DNA of 64,000 bases from Girardia tigrina (taxonomy: Eukaryota), in the NCBI GenBank assembly GCA_001938485.1, contig MQRK01224520.1, forward strand, positions 19,783 to 83,782, written 5' to 3'. Position numbers and translations under genes: made by a program. Under the pieces are notes generated by a model. That model saw only the letters and a list, made by a program, of their open reading frames with translations. It made no database searches and had not been told where the DNA came from. Below, piece by piece: positions 1 through 13,770 of the stretch; the first letter of the stretch is position 1; the number at the start of each line of letters is the position of its first letter.

Positions 1-152
1 TTAATTAGTACTTTAATTTAATATCATTAAATTAATTTCATTAGATTCAAATAATTAATCAAATAACATATCAATCCCATCTGGGTAGGAGAGTCACAAA
101 TCTAAACAGCATACAAACACCAAACTTACAACATTCACAATTATCCCTCACA
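1..152 (-). repeat. Terminal segment of a dispersed repeat family starting TGTGAGG (copy 1, cut by window edge)
   Basis: Near-exact reverse complement of 57299-57451 and similar to 2230-2379. Contains the motif CCATCTGGGTAGGAGA and ends ccctcaca. Confidence 0.85.
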
Positions 153-445
153 GAGATCTCTAAAAAGCGACAAGCTTACAATGAAATCTCGTCTCATTTA
201 AAATCAGTTTTTGATTCAACAAAACTACTGGAAAATATTTTTGATCTGCCAATGCACCACAAAAATATAAATTAATATAAATTAAAAATATAAAAATATT
301 TTTAATTCAAAGAGCACACAACATGCACTATATGTGTATAACAATAATATAGTTATATTAATGGTTTATATTGTAATGGTGAACCTCTCATCTATTTCAA
401 TGGTCCACCCCAACTAAAAATCAATAGCGCCCCCCGATAGTCCTC

Positions 446-1020
446 CTACGAGGTTGTCAGCTTTCCGCTTACGATGTCTCTTCGGACACACAGTAAAAGA
501 CGACCAACCATGTTCGTATGTTCCATGATTTTGCATTCATTTGGTAGTTCCGTTGACTTTGAACAGCCAGCAATGGGACAGTTGAAATTTCCTTTTTCAG
601 ATAATTCAGTTAAACGGAAATATAACACTTCTAAGGAGATTGTTTCCGAGAGATTCCTTGAAACATATGTATCGACGGTCCGTACCTGAATATTGCATGT
701 AATTGTTGAATTGTCTTCCTTCTTCCTGGTATCACCAATTAATATAACCCTACCACTCAAACCACCATCACAACAGTCACCTGCTTTTCGTCTTTGATAC
801 TTCTGTATAATTTGATTGGATTGATTTCTTCTTCCGTGTGATCTGTCTTGTAATGTCTGGTTAGCAACCCCATTGATGTATAGCTCTTGGAGCAGTACTG
901 ACACGGATAAGGTTTCTGCTTGTCCTTTGCCGTTTCATGATCCATTTAGATATGTCTATTGAGCTCCTTTTGTTCTGTAAAGGCCTTCTTGCAAAATAAG
1001 TGACATTGGACCATTTTCAT
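446..1020 (-). pseudogene. Decayed tandem C2H2 zinc-finger ORF, possibly the N-terminus of an RLE-type non-LTR retrotransposon
   Basis: CHLFCKKAFTEQKELNRHI*MDH, CQYCSKSYTSMGLLTRHYKTDH and FNCPIAGCSKS, with stops and frameshifts. A related copy lies at 23100-23290. Confidence 0.55.
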
Positions 1021-1196
1021 TCTCGGTTTGATCAGTTTCGGAAGATCTTCGGTCTTCCTCCCTACGATACTCATGTTGCGGATTAAATGATCGAGCCTGT
1101 CTCGCATTCGGAGTTGAAATTATTAATTATTCAAATAGATGTTATGTAATCACTGATAAATCCATGGTTACTAATCATGAACTTGCGTAATGACAA

Positions 1197-1805
1197 TTAC
1201 GAATTAATAATAAAAAATAATAACAAATTAAAAATAATAAAAAATTTAAAAAATCCAACAGATATTCCGTAAAAACATTTATTGTAATATGAGATAAAAT
1301 ATTTCAAAATATTTTCAGCGTTAAATGGTTGATTTGTAGATAATATGTTTTTTAGCATTGAAAAGCTTCTTTCAACTGATGCTGAAGAGACTTGACATTT
1401 CTGCAAAATAACATATTGTCTAGGAGATATGTCATTTTTAATTAAATTCATGATATTGTAAATATCATTATTTTTCAATAACCTTTTTTGACATAAGTTG
1501 ATAAATCACATAAATCTTCTCTAAACTGTATATTCTGCAAATCTTGATGTGCGTTTGAAATAGAATATGTAGTTCTTTCTGAATTCTCAACCAATGTTAT
1601 TAGATTTTCATAATCTCTCTTAATCTGAAGTAAATCAGAACTTAAAGCCTCATTTTTTAATGAGTCCTTTGCTCTTGTTACAATTAAACCATCCCCTGTA
1701 AATTCACCTACGATTAATCTAATTTTAGGCAAAATATCGGTATAATAAATTGTCATTTTAAGCCAAGACGTCCATCTGGTAATCACTGATGTAGGTGGAA
1801 ATTAC
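1197..1805 (-). mobile_element. hAT-like (DUF659-type) transposase 3' remnant
   Basis: PPTSVITRWTSWLKMTIYY and the hAT C-terminal motif SSASVERSFSMLKNILS, split over two frames. Confidence 0.75.
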
Positions 1806-1889
1806 TCGTGAAATCTTTCTTGTGTGATGTTTTCTATATTGTATGAGGTGTTTATTGCGGTTTTCCTATGCCTCCACAGAAAGTTGTCC

Positions 1890-2379
1890 TATTAGTAAAA
1901 ACACATCAGATATTTTTGTTGGTCTATGTATTAATTGGTAGCAACATCCAAATTCGCGTTTAAACATTTATTAATAACACAAACAGACTTATTATCAGTA
2001 GCACAATTTGCGGAAAGCATCGTTCTAGATTAATATGTTTTTGTAGCTCTATTCGAATCTTTAAATTAATTATTGAGATAAGAATAATATTAACTTTTAA
2101 TTTCTCAACATTTTATTGGATAAAAATGCATTAAGCATTTTGTAAAATAAACATTAGTTTTTAAATTATATTAAATTCAATAAGTTAAATCGTTTACTCA
2201 AAATATTATTAAAATTTATAATTATAAAACTTAATTAATTTGTATTTTAAAAATAATCGCATTAAATTAATTTTATTAGATTTAAATAATTAATCAATAA
2301 CATATCAATTCCACCTGAGTAGGAGAGATGAGACTTCATTCAAACAACAAAATTACAACATTCCGAATTTTCCCTCACA
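1890..2379 (-). repeat. TGTGAGG-family repeat copy 2, abutting the Transib transposase
   Basis: Homologous to 57299-57760, including the Cys-rich reading-frame start SVCVINKCL. Its terminus (tccctcaca, 2379) sits directly against the Transib HKIL codons. Confidence 0.75.
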
Positions 2380-4895
2380 TTAATATTTTATGTATCGATA
2401 CAGGAAAGTAGTACCATGGATATTTTTCAACGATGCTTTTGCTATTCATAAACAGTAATCTGCAAAGTGATACATTTTGATTGTATATCCACTTGAAAGA
2501 ACTCGAAGAATAGTACACACCGGTTTAAAATATCAGCATTGATTGCAGTGATTTTTGATGATGTTTCAACGTCTCAAAAAATCTTCATACAGTGTTTCCG
2601 TCGTTTGATATATATACACCTCCAGGACGAACCATGTCAAATTTTAGTCCATCTCATCCTTTAACACAAATTGGATGCTTTTTTTCCTTTGATTGAATGA
2701 ATGCTGATCTTTGTCGTTTCTAACTTGGTAAGTTTTGAAATCCAAACGATATGACACGTGTAGAAAGTATTCAAAAAATCGAATCCATCTGTGCAAGGTA
2801 GACAGACTATAAGATAATATACAACTTCAATTCTAGTAAAATTTATTAATACACAAACATTTTTAATTTTCACGCGACTTCTGCCAATATTTAAACAAAA
2901 TTTTTTTTGTTTATAAAATCGCATTTCTAAAATAGGAGAGTTAAATATATGAATGTTTTTGAACCATGATTAATTAAATTTTATTATAAGTTCTTTACAT
3001 TTATTATTTACAAATATTAATTTATCTCACACAGACAATATGTGGTTGCTGACTGCTTTACAGGTCGGTTTACAGCTTTTTCGATGTCTTTCATCATTAT
3101 TGGAGTTGCATCCAAAATATAACCTCGCTGTGCAGATTTTGTGTTCGTGATGGCGTAGAATACTTTCACATCTATCATCGAAAGTACCATTTTGTGATGA
3201 GTTCTGCATTCTCTACCGTTGATTTCTTCATTATTCGAGATAGGGGCATCAATTTGCGAAGTTACATGTTGCTCTTCAGATTTAGAAACATTGGTATTTT
3301 ATTTGACGAAATGAAGGGCATCGATTTTGAAATACTACTTTATTGTTTGTTGTCATCTTAATCGGCACCTAAGAGGTAAAAAATATGCTGCAATCGGATT
3401 TTTTGCACTACCACCGCTATATCGTTGCTTGTAGTCGCTATGACCAGAACTACCTTTGATTCCCCGCCAAATTAACTAATTCATCATTTGTTAATTCTGC
3501 AATAGTTTTCGTATTTGCTTTAAGAATTCGTGATGACATGTGATTTAAAAGCTCCTGTAGATTGGCTTCAGCAGTTGTATTGGTAATGGTGACTGTAGTT
3601 TTTGGCGGATAACATGCCTTCTTATAGCCCTTTTTAATCAAGCATTTTCTTATGTGATCATAGCTCGTTACGCTTAAGATTTTATCGACGATCATAGCTA
3701 ACGCTTCGTCGGTTGTGAATGGAATTTTTTTTGGTTTTTCATAAGCAGTAATTATTTTTGAAGCTGATCAAAATGCTTCAAAAATCTACTTACAACATCC
3801 TTGTGAATCAATCTGATACTCATTTCAGCTTCAAACAAGAGCTCCTGGGCTCTGACGTTTTGTCTAATTTCTGAAGTTCTTTTTCGCTTTTGAGAAGGAA
3901 GATCTTCAAAACTCTTCTCTGTAGCGGGCATCCGGGTCTACTTCTTAATCTAATTCCGCAAGATATTGTCGGGAGTTGATTTACAGCGGCAGATGGTAAA
4001 TCAAATGACTTTTCAAACAATTTTAAATGCAATATACAATTTCTGGATGAAGTCTACCTGTGTCAGTAATCCGTATTTTTTCGTAATTTGAACAAAGGTT
4101 TTTGACTTTAAGTTTCAGTTCTGCTATAGCTGCATCTGATAATGTTTACAAATCAATTTGGAAGAAACGAAAAATTTCATTGAAAACCATTTTAACAAGG
4201 TCTACGATCGATGAACATTTACAATTCTGCTAAATTTCAAAAAGACGTTTTTTCTAAATTTTGTCAACGTTCGACGTCTCTGCAAATAAAAAATAGTAAA
4301 AGAACATTATTTAAGGTTAATAGGACAAGGTCAATTATTATTATAAAATTAAAAATTCGATTAAAAAATTCATTATGGAGGTAGGTTCACTTGACAGCCT
4401 CTAGCAAATTTCGTCATAATACGTCATGACTCAAACGAACACGAAATAATCTTAATATATCAATATAAGATTTTAAAACGAGATAATGAACAATCCGAAA
4501 TAATCTTCGATGTTGCAGTCAATTTAAAACAAAAAAAAATAATTACAAGAGACGTATCACGTTAAAATATAATAAAGAAAAAACCTTAATTCCTGAAAAC
4601 GTTAAATCCTGAAATTCTTATTAATTATTTGATTGATCCATGGTCATTAGTGACGGGTGAGTGTTTTATAATTGATGTTATATCACTTTAACTCTCGGTA
4701 AAAAAACGATTATTTTTGATAAGTTCACAATCACTGACCTCAAGTGACACATTTAAAATGGAAATCGATCAAAAATATTTATATCACAATTATTTTATAT
4801 GTTGTTGTACACATACGTCTTTAAAATTTTAACTTAAAAATTTAAACACAAAAATTTTGAATTAATATCGTCATTTGGCATTTTCCCACACTGTG
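2380..4895 (-). mobile_element. Transib (RAG1-related) DNA transposon, decayed and 3'-truncated
   Basis: Motifs across frames: KKACYP..TAEANLQELLNH, MVLSMIDVKVFYAITNTKSAQRGYILDATP, LSTLHRWIRFFEYFLHVSYRL, SNDGNTV*RFF, KYPWYYFPVSIHKIL. The terminus reads CACAGTG at 4895-4889. Confidence 0.9.
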
Positions 4896-7800
4896 CGCTG
4901 GAATGGGTCTTGGTGAGGAAAACCGATCTCTCCACAGTCGAGTGGTTCGGGACTCGGCTGGCTCGACCTATGTAAAAGTTCACAAAGTAACGGGTATACT
5001 ACACGAAACATGAATTTCTCTATACCCGAACTCAACTTTTGAAATAGTAGGACCTCTCCTTTTTGAGGTTTTCAGGTTACCCCTGAAAAATCTTTAAAAT
5101 TACTTTTTTTGATCCCAGGTATTAGCATTCCGGCCCGTAGAAACGCGCCCAAAAAATCTCCGAAGACTGTCTTGCAATCAATAATTTTCGCCCTAACGAA
5201 GGCGATTTTCCATTCGAATATTGTATTACTTTCACAATTAGACGTTTCTAAATGACTGTCCAAGTCCGTAATCCAGTACCACAAATATTATAGATGTTCT
5301 GGATGGTTTCGGAATAACAGAGAACACTTTGCAATAATGTTTCGGGTTTTTCAACCATATATTTATGTTTTTCTTACAACAATTGGTGAGAATAACAATC
5401 AACAATAGTCTGAGATTGCATGATTTGATCCCAATAAAAGTACTGATCGTGAGGAAGATTGTTTTCAAAAAACATTGATATTTGCGGTTCTGAATTCGCA
5501 ACCATTGGAAATCTGACACTCTTGAAACTCGATGATGAAAACGATTTTTGTGAATCTGATTGATTTTTAGTTCTGTTTGAGATAGATAGAGAATTAGATG
5601 CATATGAACTCGGTTTTGATTGACTCAAATCCGTATTCATTGTAATTAATATTTATATATAATGATTAATAACAATTATTTAATATAATGATTAATAACA
5701 ATTCTTATTCTATTTTTTAACATATTAAAACAATGCAATTTTATAATAATATAAACATTTTTTATAAAGTTTTCTTTCCTCTTTTTTTTAACAAATAGCA
5801 TATAAATTTTCTATTAAATTAAATAAAATAATTTTAAACGGTTTTATATATATATAAAGTATTGAAATTAGAATTCAAAATTCCAATTTGAAATTTTCAT
5901 TTTTAGTTTTAATTTAAATAATTTTTGATGTGGAACAACCACATTGTGTTCTACAACATGTTTATTTGGTTTTCAGTTATCGACTAGTGAATTTTGTTAT
6001 CCTTCTATATTAAAAATTTTGATATAATTTATTGACTGCAGTATATTGTGTTGCGATCCGTGCCGTACGTTTCGTCACACTCTACCTAGAACCAAACCAT
6101 GCAACTGGTTATTAGAAAACCCCACAATCTTATTTTCGAACTTAATCAACAACCATTCATCACCCAGTAAACATAACAAACAGAAGAGAAGACGATATCA
6201 TAATAAAATATTTATTGATAAAAACTATGCTTTGCAGATTTGTAGTGCCATTTCCTCCAAGCTGCGTCCAAGCCAGAAGCTCTCCTTCAAAAATAGTAAT
6301 AAATAGCGCTAAACCAACGTAAAGTAACTTACACAGCTGTAGAAGTGTTTCCCTTTGAGCTGGCACCTAGTCCGGTACTTCAGGGTTAAAGAATGTCATC
6401 GCAAACCCACTATGGTGCCTCGTCTGCCCCACAGCCTTTCCAAAGAACCCTGAACCATGATAAAAAGTCAGAAATCGTTAATTAATTTTTTGATAAATTT
6501 ACCGAATCCTAAATTAGCTGCAATGGAATAGTCAGCAGCTGTTCCGAAAATATCACATCGATTAATCGTGAATCAGCAATGATTAATTTCATCTCAGTAG
6601 TTGTTGTATATTTAAAAATATTGAAAAACGATCTATATATTTTGATATTTATTTATGAATGATCGACAGCAATTTTGACAGTTGATTTAATAACTATCGT
6701 GAGCGCTGATTATAAAGCGAACTGAATTCGTGCAATCTCTACTTTATTCGTGCTTTGGATTACTGTTATCGCTCGAAAAATCGCACACTTGATTGACTAA
6801 TTTGTCATTAACGCTATTGTATATCGCGCTGTTGCTCACTGTTGTGGAAATATAATTTTTGAGATAATAATAATAATTATATAATAATTGAGATTTAACA
6901 GTAGTTATAGAGCCTCCGATGTTCCCTGTTGTATTTGCTCTAGATTGTGTTACTACGCATACTCATCTGTCAACTTTCTGAATAGAAGCGCAAACCACTC
7001 CTTACAGAGAAAATTAATGAATACATTCACACCACGTTATGTGGGTTTACCAGTAGCGGAGTCAGGAAAATATTTTTAAAATGTATTGATACCACATACA
7101 AAGGTCCGAAGTTTGGCTGCAGTCAGTTACATTGTCTGCGAGTAACCGCCTGAACAATCACCAATAGAATATCAAAGTAGAAAGTTCACATCCGAGACAC
7201 GGCATGGGAGTCTACCATCAAGAGAAACCATGACGAAATGGAATTTAATTTCAAACCTACAAAATTAATCAAAAATTGTGACGATGATTTTTTACAAAAA
7301 TCCTAAAGTTAATTATCAACCTAATCAATTACAATCAATTAAGTTAACAATCAACCTGTTCGAGTTTACTTATAAAATTAAAGGTTTTAACTTGAAAAAG
7401 GTTCTATACAAAAAGCAATTGAGGTAATTGAGACAACGTTGAGCAATATTTTTTATAACTCTTCAATAGCCCCTTTACATGTGGCATTTCATCGGTTATT
7501 CTAACTCACGTTTAGGACGTAAACTAGTTAGTCGACTTCAATGTAGTTAATAAATCTCGAAAGATTTAGCAATATTTTATTATTATGCCGTAGGAGATTA
7601 AATTTTAGAATACATCTTTATTTTGTTCAATTACCGATTGAGATGATATGGTCTATAATTGATTATTATCAAAGAGTGCCTTCGCCTCCCATACCATTTT
7701 GATTCTGTTACTTATTCGTAGAGCCATTTAACTCTTATATCTTTTATTTATTTTATCGTTGCTTAAATAGTATTTCTGATTAATTTCGTGACCTTGTAAA

Positions 7801-7959
7801 TAAGTAAATTTAGGTTCTAAAAAATTTGGAACAGGACTCGTTCACATAAGATGGTAGTAAGTAGTTAGACTGGGGTTCAAAATAATGTTATTGGACATAT
7901 AAATATTCAGTTCATGTACCAATTAAACAGTGTAGGAGTGCGAACGTATACAGTCAATA

Positions 7960-8890
7960 GGAGCCGCATCAAGATTTTAAAATATTTTCAAGAGCCACAC
8001 TTAAAATACTGAGGTGATTAATACAAAAACATGTATAATGTAATTTACATTAAATTATTAGATTTTCTGCAGATACATAAACTGATACAGTATTAAAAGA
8101 AAACAATTCAAGTTTGAAATTCCAAAATAAGCAAAAATAAATATAAAACCAATATATTTACTACATCTATGACATTGGTAGAGTATTTTTCGTCAAATCT
8201 TTAAAGTTTGGAATGGAATTAGTTAAAGTAGTTAGATGGTCATTTGTTAATTGGGAACGATATTTTGTACAATGATTCACATGAATAAGCTGTGTCGAAA
8301 ATAGAAAGTACAGGGTTTGACATTGAATTAAGATAATTATAAAAAATTTTTTACATAAATGAGAGATTTTATTGTTGAAAGATCCTTAAAAATATGCTGA
8401 CAAATAATATTTAACCAAAAATTGTAACAATTATACCAACAATTTGAGCGGCTGTCGTTCCATGAGTGGTATTTGACGCTGAATGTCATTCTCATTGTCA
8501 CGCAGGTCACGAAGAATATCGAGAATGTCGTGAAACATAATCCAAAATATAATAAGTGATAAATTTGACGTAATCTTGCATGTTATGATTGAATATGCAA
8601 AGAAAATAAGAATAAATCATACCATCCGATTCTTCGTATTTTAACGATTCATATTATTGGATCGATATTAATTATTTTTTATTTATATATAGTAGTAGGG
8701 AAGCTACTATAATACTTTTATTATTTTAATATTAATATCTAAAAATCTGTCGCATACTAAACAAAAAAAATCATGTCGCAAAGAATGACATATCGAGTTC
8801 GTATTTATTTTTGTATTATTGGTAACTTTTCCCGAAATTTCAAAAGGAGCTGCACGGAACCTTTAAAAGAGCCACATTTCGGCACCCCTG
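7960..8890. mobile_element. hAT-derived non-autonomous element remnant
   Basis: The right end reads CAGGGGTGCCGAAATGTGGCTC on the minus strand (a typical hAT terminus), with GAGCCGCA/GAGCCACA subterminal motifs at both sides. Internal 8356-8436 is repeated at 23966-24048. Confidence 0.6.
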
Positions 8891-9112
8891 TAATAGTTAT
8901 ATTAGTCCATCGAAACGAATTAATAATTAATATAAGCCATCACTAAGTACAAGGCAAACTTTGACTGATATTTATTGTTGTAATAGCGTGATTTAATAAC
9001 AAATAGGCTGATTAGATAAGATAAAATAATACGGAGACCAAGAGTGTTCGATTCGCTAGTGGGGGTGGATACTACAGCCGAATCTCACCGAGCCGAAATC
9101 ATTTCTTTCATG

Positions 9113-10300
9113 TGATCACATTTACCGCCAGAAATTTCACAAGGAAACCTTTTCCACGACAAAATATAGCGGACAAAATATCGCCGAAAATAATATAGCG
9201 GGCAAAATATTGCCGATAAAAATATCGAGTGACAAAAATATCGCGGTCAAAAATATAGTGTGACAAAAATATAGCAGGTTAAAATATCGCGGAACTAAAA
9301 TTTAGACTTATGTAATTAAATTAAAAGTTACTATAATTATTAAAAATTTTTTAAAAAAATTTAAAAATCTTGGTAAAAATTATTCCTGAATAAAAGTTAA
9401 GGTTCTAGAATGAAATTATAGTTTGACAAAAATATCAGATTAAAATATTATAATTATTAAACAATTTACAAAATTTATGTAAATAATTAAAAAAATATCT
9501 TCAAACGTTTTCAACAAAAGACAAAACAGTATTATAATTTTTTATTATAACAGAATTAAGATGCTTGAAGATGGAAATTGTACGCTATACCTCTTAGGTA
9601 TTCATCCAAATTTCTTTGATCGTACTGTAGAACAACTAATTAAATTCTTTCTGCTGTGTCAATATAAATTTTTCTTGATTGACTTGTATTAACTGCTGAT
9701 ATAAATTGTTCAATTTTCAACTTATTCATATTTTGCTCTTTTTGAATCGCCTCGATGAATTTCCAAAGAGAAGGATGATATGAACTAATATTTAACTAAA
9801 TGCACGATGCCATCTTTCAATTGAATTATTGGTTTTAAGCAAATCGTTCACCACAGTATCGTAGAAATTCCATAGCTTAATCGGATATCTTGCAAGTCGT
9901 CTCGTACCATTTCGGTTCAGTCTTCCTATCCAATTGTCTTCAAAATAATCGAGGAGAGGCTGCAAAAGTAATTCAATCTCTTTGAAAAAGCTTGTATTGA
10001 TGAGAATATCATACCAATCGATGACATCATACAATGGAACTAATGATAGAGCTAACAGTTGACGAAGAATTAAGTGAGAAGTCCGCAATTTTTGTGTCAA
10101 TATACCGTTGCATAATTTTATTGTTGCACGAAATTTGTCTCCATATACATTGAGCAAAGTGAAAAACACATCCTTTGTTAGATGCAGTAGGAAAACATCT
10201 TTGAAAGCATTAATTGCTGCGGTTTTGAAATCAGTCATCATGGTTAGTTGATTGAGTAAAGGTTTTAAATCTTTTATCGCCCGAAACATCTTAAAATAAG
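9113..10300 (-). mobile_element. MULE/Mutator transposase remnant with a tandem-repeat terminal region
   Basis: MTDFKTAAINAFKDVF, LLDYFEDNWIG, TNNSIERWHRAFS and HPSLWKFIEAIQKEQ. About 15-16 bp AAAATAT(A/C)GCG-type subrepeats at 9157-9297. Confidence 0.85.
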
Positions 10301-13300
10301 TTGTGGACGAGCCGTTATTCGAAAATATTGCAATAAAAACTGCTACAAAAAGAACTTAAAGACGCTCATTGAAAACATTGGAGCGACAAAAAATGTGGTT
10401 GAACATTATAATGTTTTACTGACGACCGAAAAGATTTATTACTGAAAATTTGAGTAAAAAAGAAATAGTGGAGACACTGGACATCAGTACTTGCACAAAA
10501 AATCAATTTAAAGCTAAAAAATGGCCCGTGTTTCACGGATTTCACACGAGATGGTCGATATTTATTGATTGATGGACAGCACGATCAATTTGTAGTAATC
10601 AATTGGAAAATGAAAAAGGAATCATTTGATATTAACGTGAGAGAAAAAAATAGTGTTGTCAAAGATCTACACGGGAAAGTAAACACCAATTCTCAACCGG
10701 ATTACAAGATGTTTCATGTTGAAATTCTTTCACAAAAATTTCCGGAATTCGCTCTCCGTGATTCAGACCAGACATTCTAACACTATACTGCTTTCCGGAT
10801 TCGAAATTCACTAACGTCGGATTGGGGGTAATGGATCTGTTTTCCTTCTTCGCAGGTGAGATTTCCTATCTCCCCCTCACGACCCGGAGATGCTGAAATT
10901 TCGACGCTCATGCGTGCCAGCTCTGCTGCATGCACACTCACCAACATCAAGTAGTCACGACATAATCTAGATCATCACCAATGAACGCCAGAGTCACTTG
11001 ACGGGTATACCCCGGTCTAAGTATCCGAAGGAGCTTCAACTTACCTACGGCTTGCAGATGGGTAAGGAGGCAAGTCTAACCGTAATTTCCTGAGAAATGG
11101 TGAAATTTAATAGTTGCCCATAATCTTTAAAGTGGATGGGGGCTAAATAGCTTCCAAAAATGTCTTATTTGAAATTGTTGCGACATATTTTCGGGTTCAG
11201 CCGAGATAGGATTATTGACTTCCCAAACGTTTTGAAACTCTTTGTAAACAAGTCTAGAATAACCTAAAACCTTTTATCTACCGACAGTAAATAAAATTTT
11301 CAATGAGAAATTTTGGGAGCGTTGTTGAATTAATAAAATTTTTGAATTTACAATCATCAAATTAATAATTAAACATTTACATTCCGTAAAATATTGTTGT
11401 AGATATGTTAAAATAAGATTTTCAGAAATTTAATGTATAAATTAATTTATGTATGAAATAAAATAAATTTTACGGTAGATTTATTAAAAGATTTATGCAA
11501 AGATTTATTATAAAGTAAAAAAGTTAATTGCAATTTTGATGAAAATATTTAATTGAAATAAAATAAAAAGGAAAATATAAAGTTTAATATTTTATTTGCG
11601 AAATAAAAATAAACTAAACTATTTTTTGTAACTTATTTTATTCAATTAAATCGACGTAAATTAAAATGTGATTTTAATTGTATTTTTGGAAAAAGTAATT
11701 ATTATTGGAAATATTAATATTATTTTATGTAAAAAGGGGTAACTTTAAAAACGAAAATTGCGATTTAATTTTATATGCAAAACATTATTTTACTAAATCT
11801 AAAAGAAATTTTTAAACTATTATGAAAACGAAATGAAAATGCTATTTTAAAGAATGGAGAAATATAATTGAGAAACAGTTAAATTTAAATGTACAATAAA
11901 ATTGAAATTTAATAAAAAATGCAACAAAATCATTGTGACAAAATTTTAGAAAATTCACCTTATAATTTAAAAAAAGCATAAAATTTTAATTCGTACTAGA
12001 TAAAATAACCATTTCTATATTTATATCAATTCTTATTTATAATGGTTTGTGTAAAAAGAAAGTGTAAAAGTTCCTCGGAAATATTAGTTTAAAAAACTTA
12101 AATTGTGATAGAAATAAAGTTTTGCGTTAATGACAACTTCTTTTGATCAAGAACCCAATAAGAAATGTATAAAATTTTGTAAATAATCACTGATCTAATC
12201 AAATTTTGAATGGCTTCAGTTAAATATTATGAATATTATGAATCTAGTAAGGCTCCAGTCGTAATAATCGAAAGTATACATCATCTGATCAGCCTCCAAA
12301 ATAAAAATATCGACGACAAACTTTAAGAGGTGCAGGAATATATGAGAGTAATACATACTGTCATGACTGATGACTCACTAGGAACTCTTCATACCTGTTT
12401 AGAGAATGTAAACGGAAGGAGCGAGATGGAAATGTATTGAGTTACAATGTATTGTAAGTTACTCACACACTAAATGTATTGGGATTTCTAGTTGTAAGTT
12501 AGAATGTTCCCACTAATATTTTTTTAAAGCTACGCGCACAAAATTTCGTTTTGTGCAAAAAAGACTAATGATCCAAAACAATTTGGGCAAAATTTAATTT
12601 TGGCGGTTTGCGAATGAATTTACGTGTGCGGAAAATTATTTTTGTGAAATTTATTACACTGACTCTAAAGTCACTTCGCAGCCGCAGCACCCGTACAGTT
12701 GAGAGGGCCCATTAGTTGCAACCTTTGTAGTACCTAAAATAAATGTATACAGTCTTATTATTTTGTAGATAAGTGTTAGTATTCGAGTAAATTAATGATG
12801 ACAAGGAAGTCACTTTATTACAAGATTCCGTTCACAAGGTTCATTGATATAATGTATCGATTTAATTAGCTAGGTTTTGACTATTTTAGTACATCGCAAT
12901 CCTAATAATCCTTTCGGAATTGGTTGTTCAATAAATAATATAACGCTCTTTGAAGTGATATTTTAAAATCGCGAGATCACACCAATACAATAATCTTAGA
13001 TGTCTGCGCCAAACGATAAATTTTTGCTTGAGTTAAGCATCACAAGGTTTAAGTAGAAACGAGTTATTTGACAAATATCAAGAAACTGATAACAGAAATA
13101 GAAGAAGCAATGGTATGTCGAGACAGAGTAAAAGGAAGGTACACCTACCATCGATGGAGAAAGACTATTGTTTCAGAGTGATGACAAAAGTAAATAAATT
13201 TAAATAACATTGAAATTGGAATTTTGTGTCCCAATTTCAATGCATTAAATTTATATATATAAATATACGTTAAAAGAAAAAAAACTAAATTAAAATTGTA

Positions 13301-13561
13301 TATATAATTATATATAGATTTAATTAAAAAAGTTGTTTAAATGCATTATTTATTATAGAAAATTTTTGGTATCTAATGAAGCTGAAAGAAATCGATAAAT
13401 TGAAGTGACTGTTATTGTTATAAAAAATTAACTTTTCAAAGTAGATTTACAGTCTAATTAATTATTATTTGACATTAAAAATGACAACCGACCGCAATTA
13501 TGAAAATTCGAGCGATGGAAAATAATGGTCTTCAGAAATGATAGAATTATTACTGCGGCAG

Positions 13562-13742
13562 AGGCGCCCAGACACTGGCATCTCCGGCAAAACAGTTTCG
13601 TGAACAATGTGTTTGATCGGATTTCAAGTGAGGTCAGTCGATTGGTGCATTACAAAAAGAAGTCGACGACCACGAGCAGAGAGATCCAGACGGGAGTAAG
13701 ACTGCCGCTGCTGGGAGAGTTGGCTAAGAACGCCGCAAGCAG
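13562..13742 (+). pseudogene. H2B: Histone H2B pseudogene (truncated, frameshifted)
   Basis: PDTGISGK in one frame, then [50 protein letters not shown], matching the H2B fold. N-tail and C-terminal residues are missing. Confidence 0.9.
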
Positions 13743-13754
13743 AGAAAGAAATAC

Positions 13755-13770
13755 GGCCCTCTTTAGGGCC
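13755..13770 (+). promoter_or_regulatory. Histone mRNA 3' stem-loop
   Basis: GGCCCT-CTTT-AGGGCC followed by ACAA, a 6-bp stem with 4-nt loop directly after the H2B remnant. Confidence 0.85.

Noticed and set aside
9003-9070. tRNA/SINE-like B box GTTCGATTC
   Set aside because: No cloverleaf and only a weak A box.
9157-9297. Regularly spaced short repeats that superficially resemble a CRISPR array (also 32021-32090 and 48505-48600)
   Set aside because: Units are about 15 bp without unique spacers, sit at the ends of MULE transposases, and no cas genes are present in this eukaryotic context.
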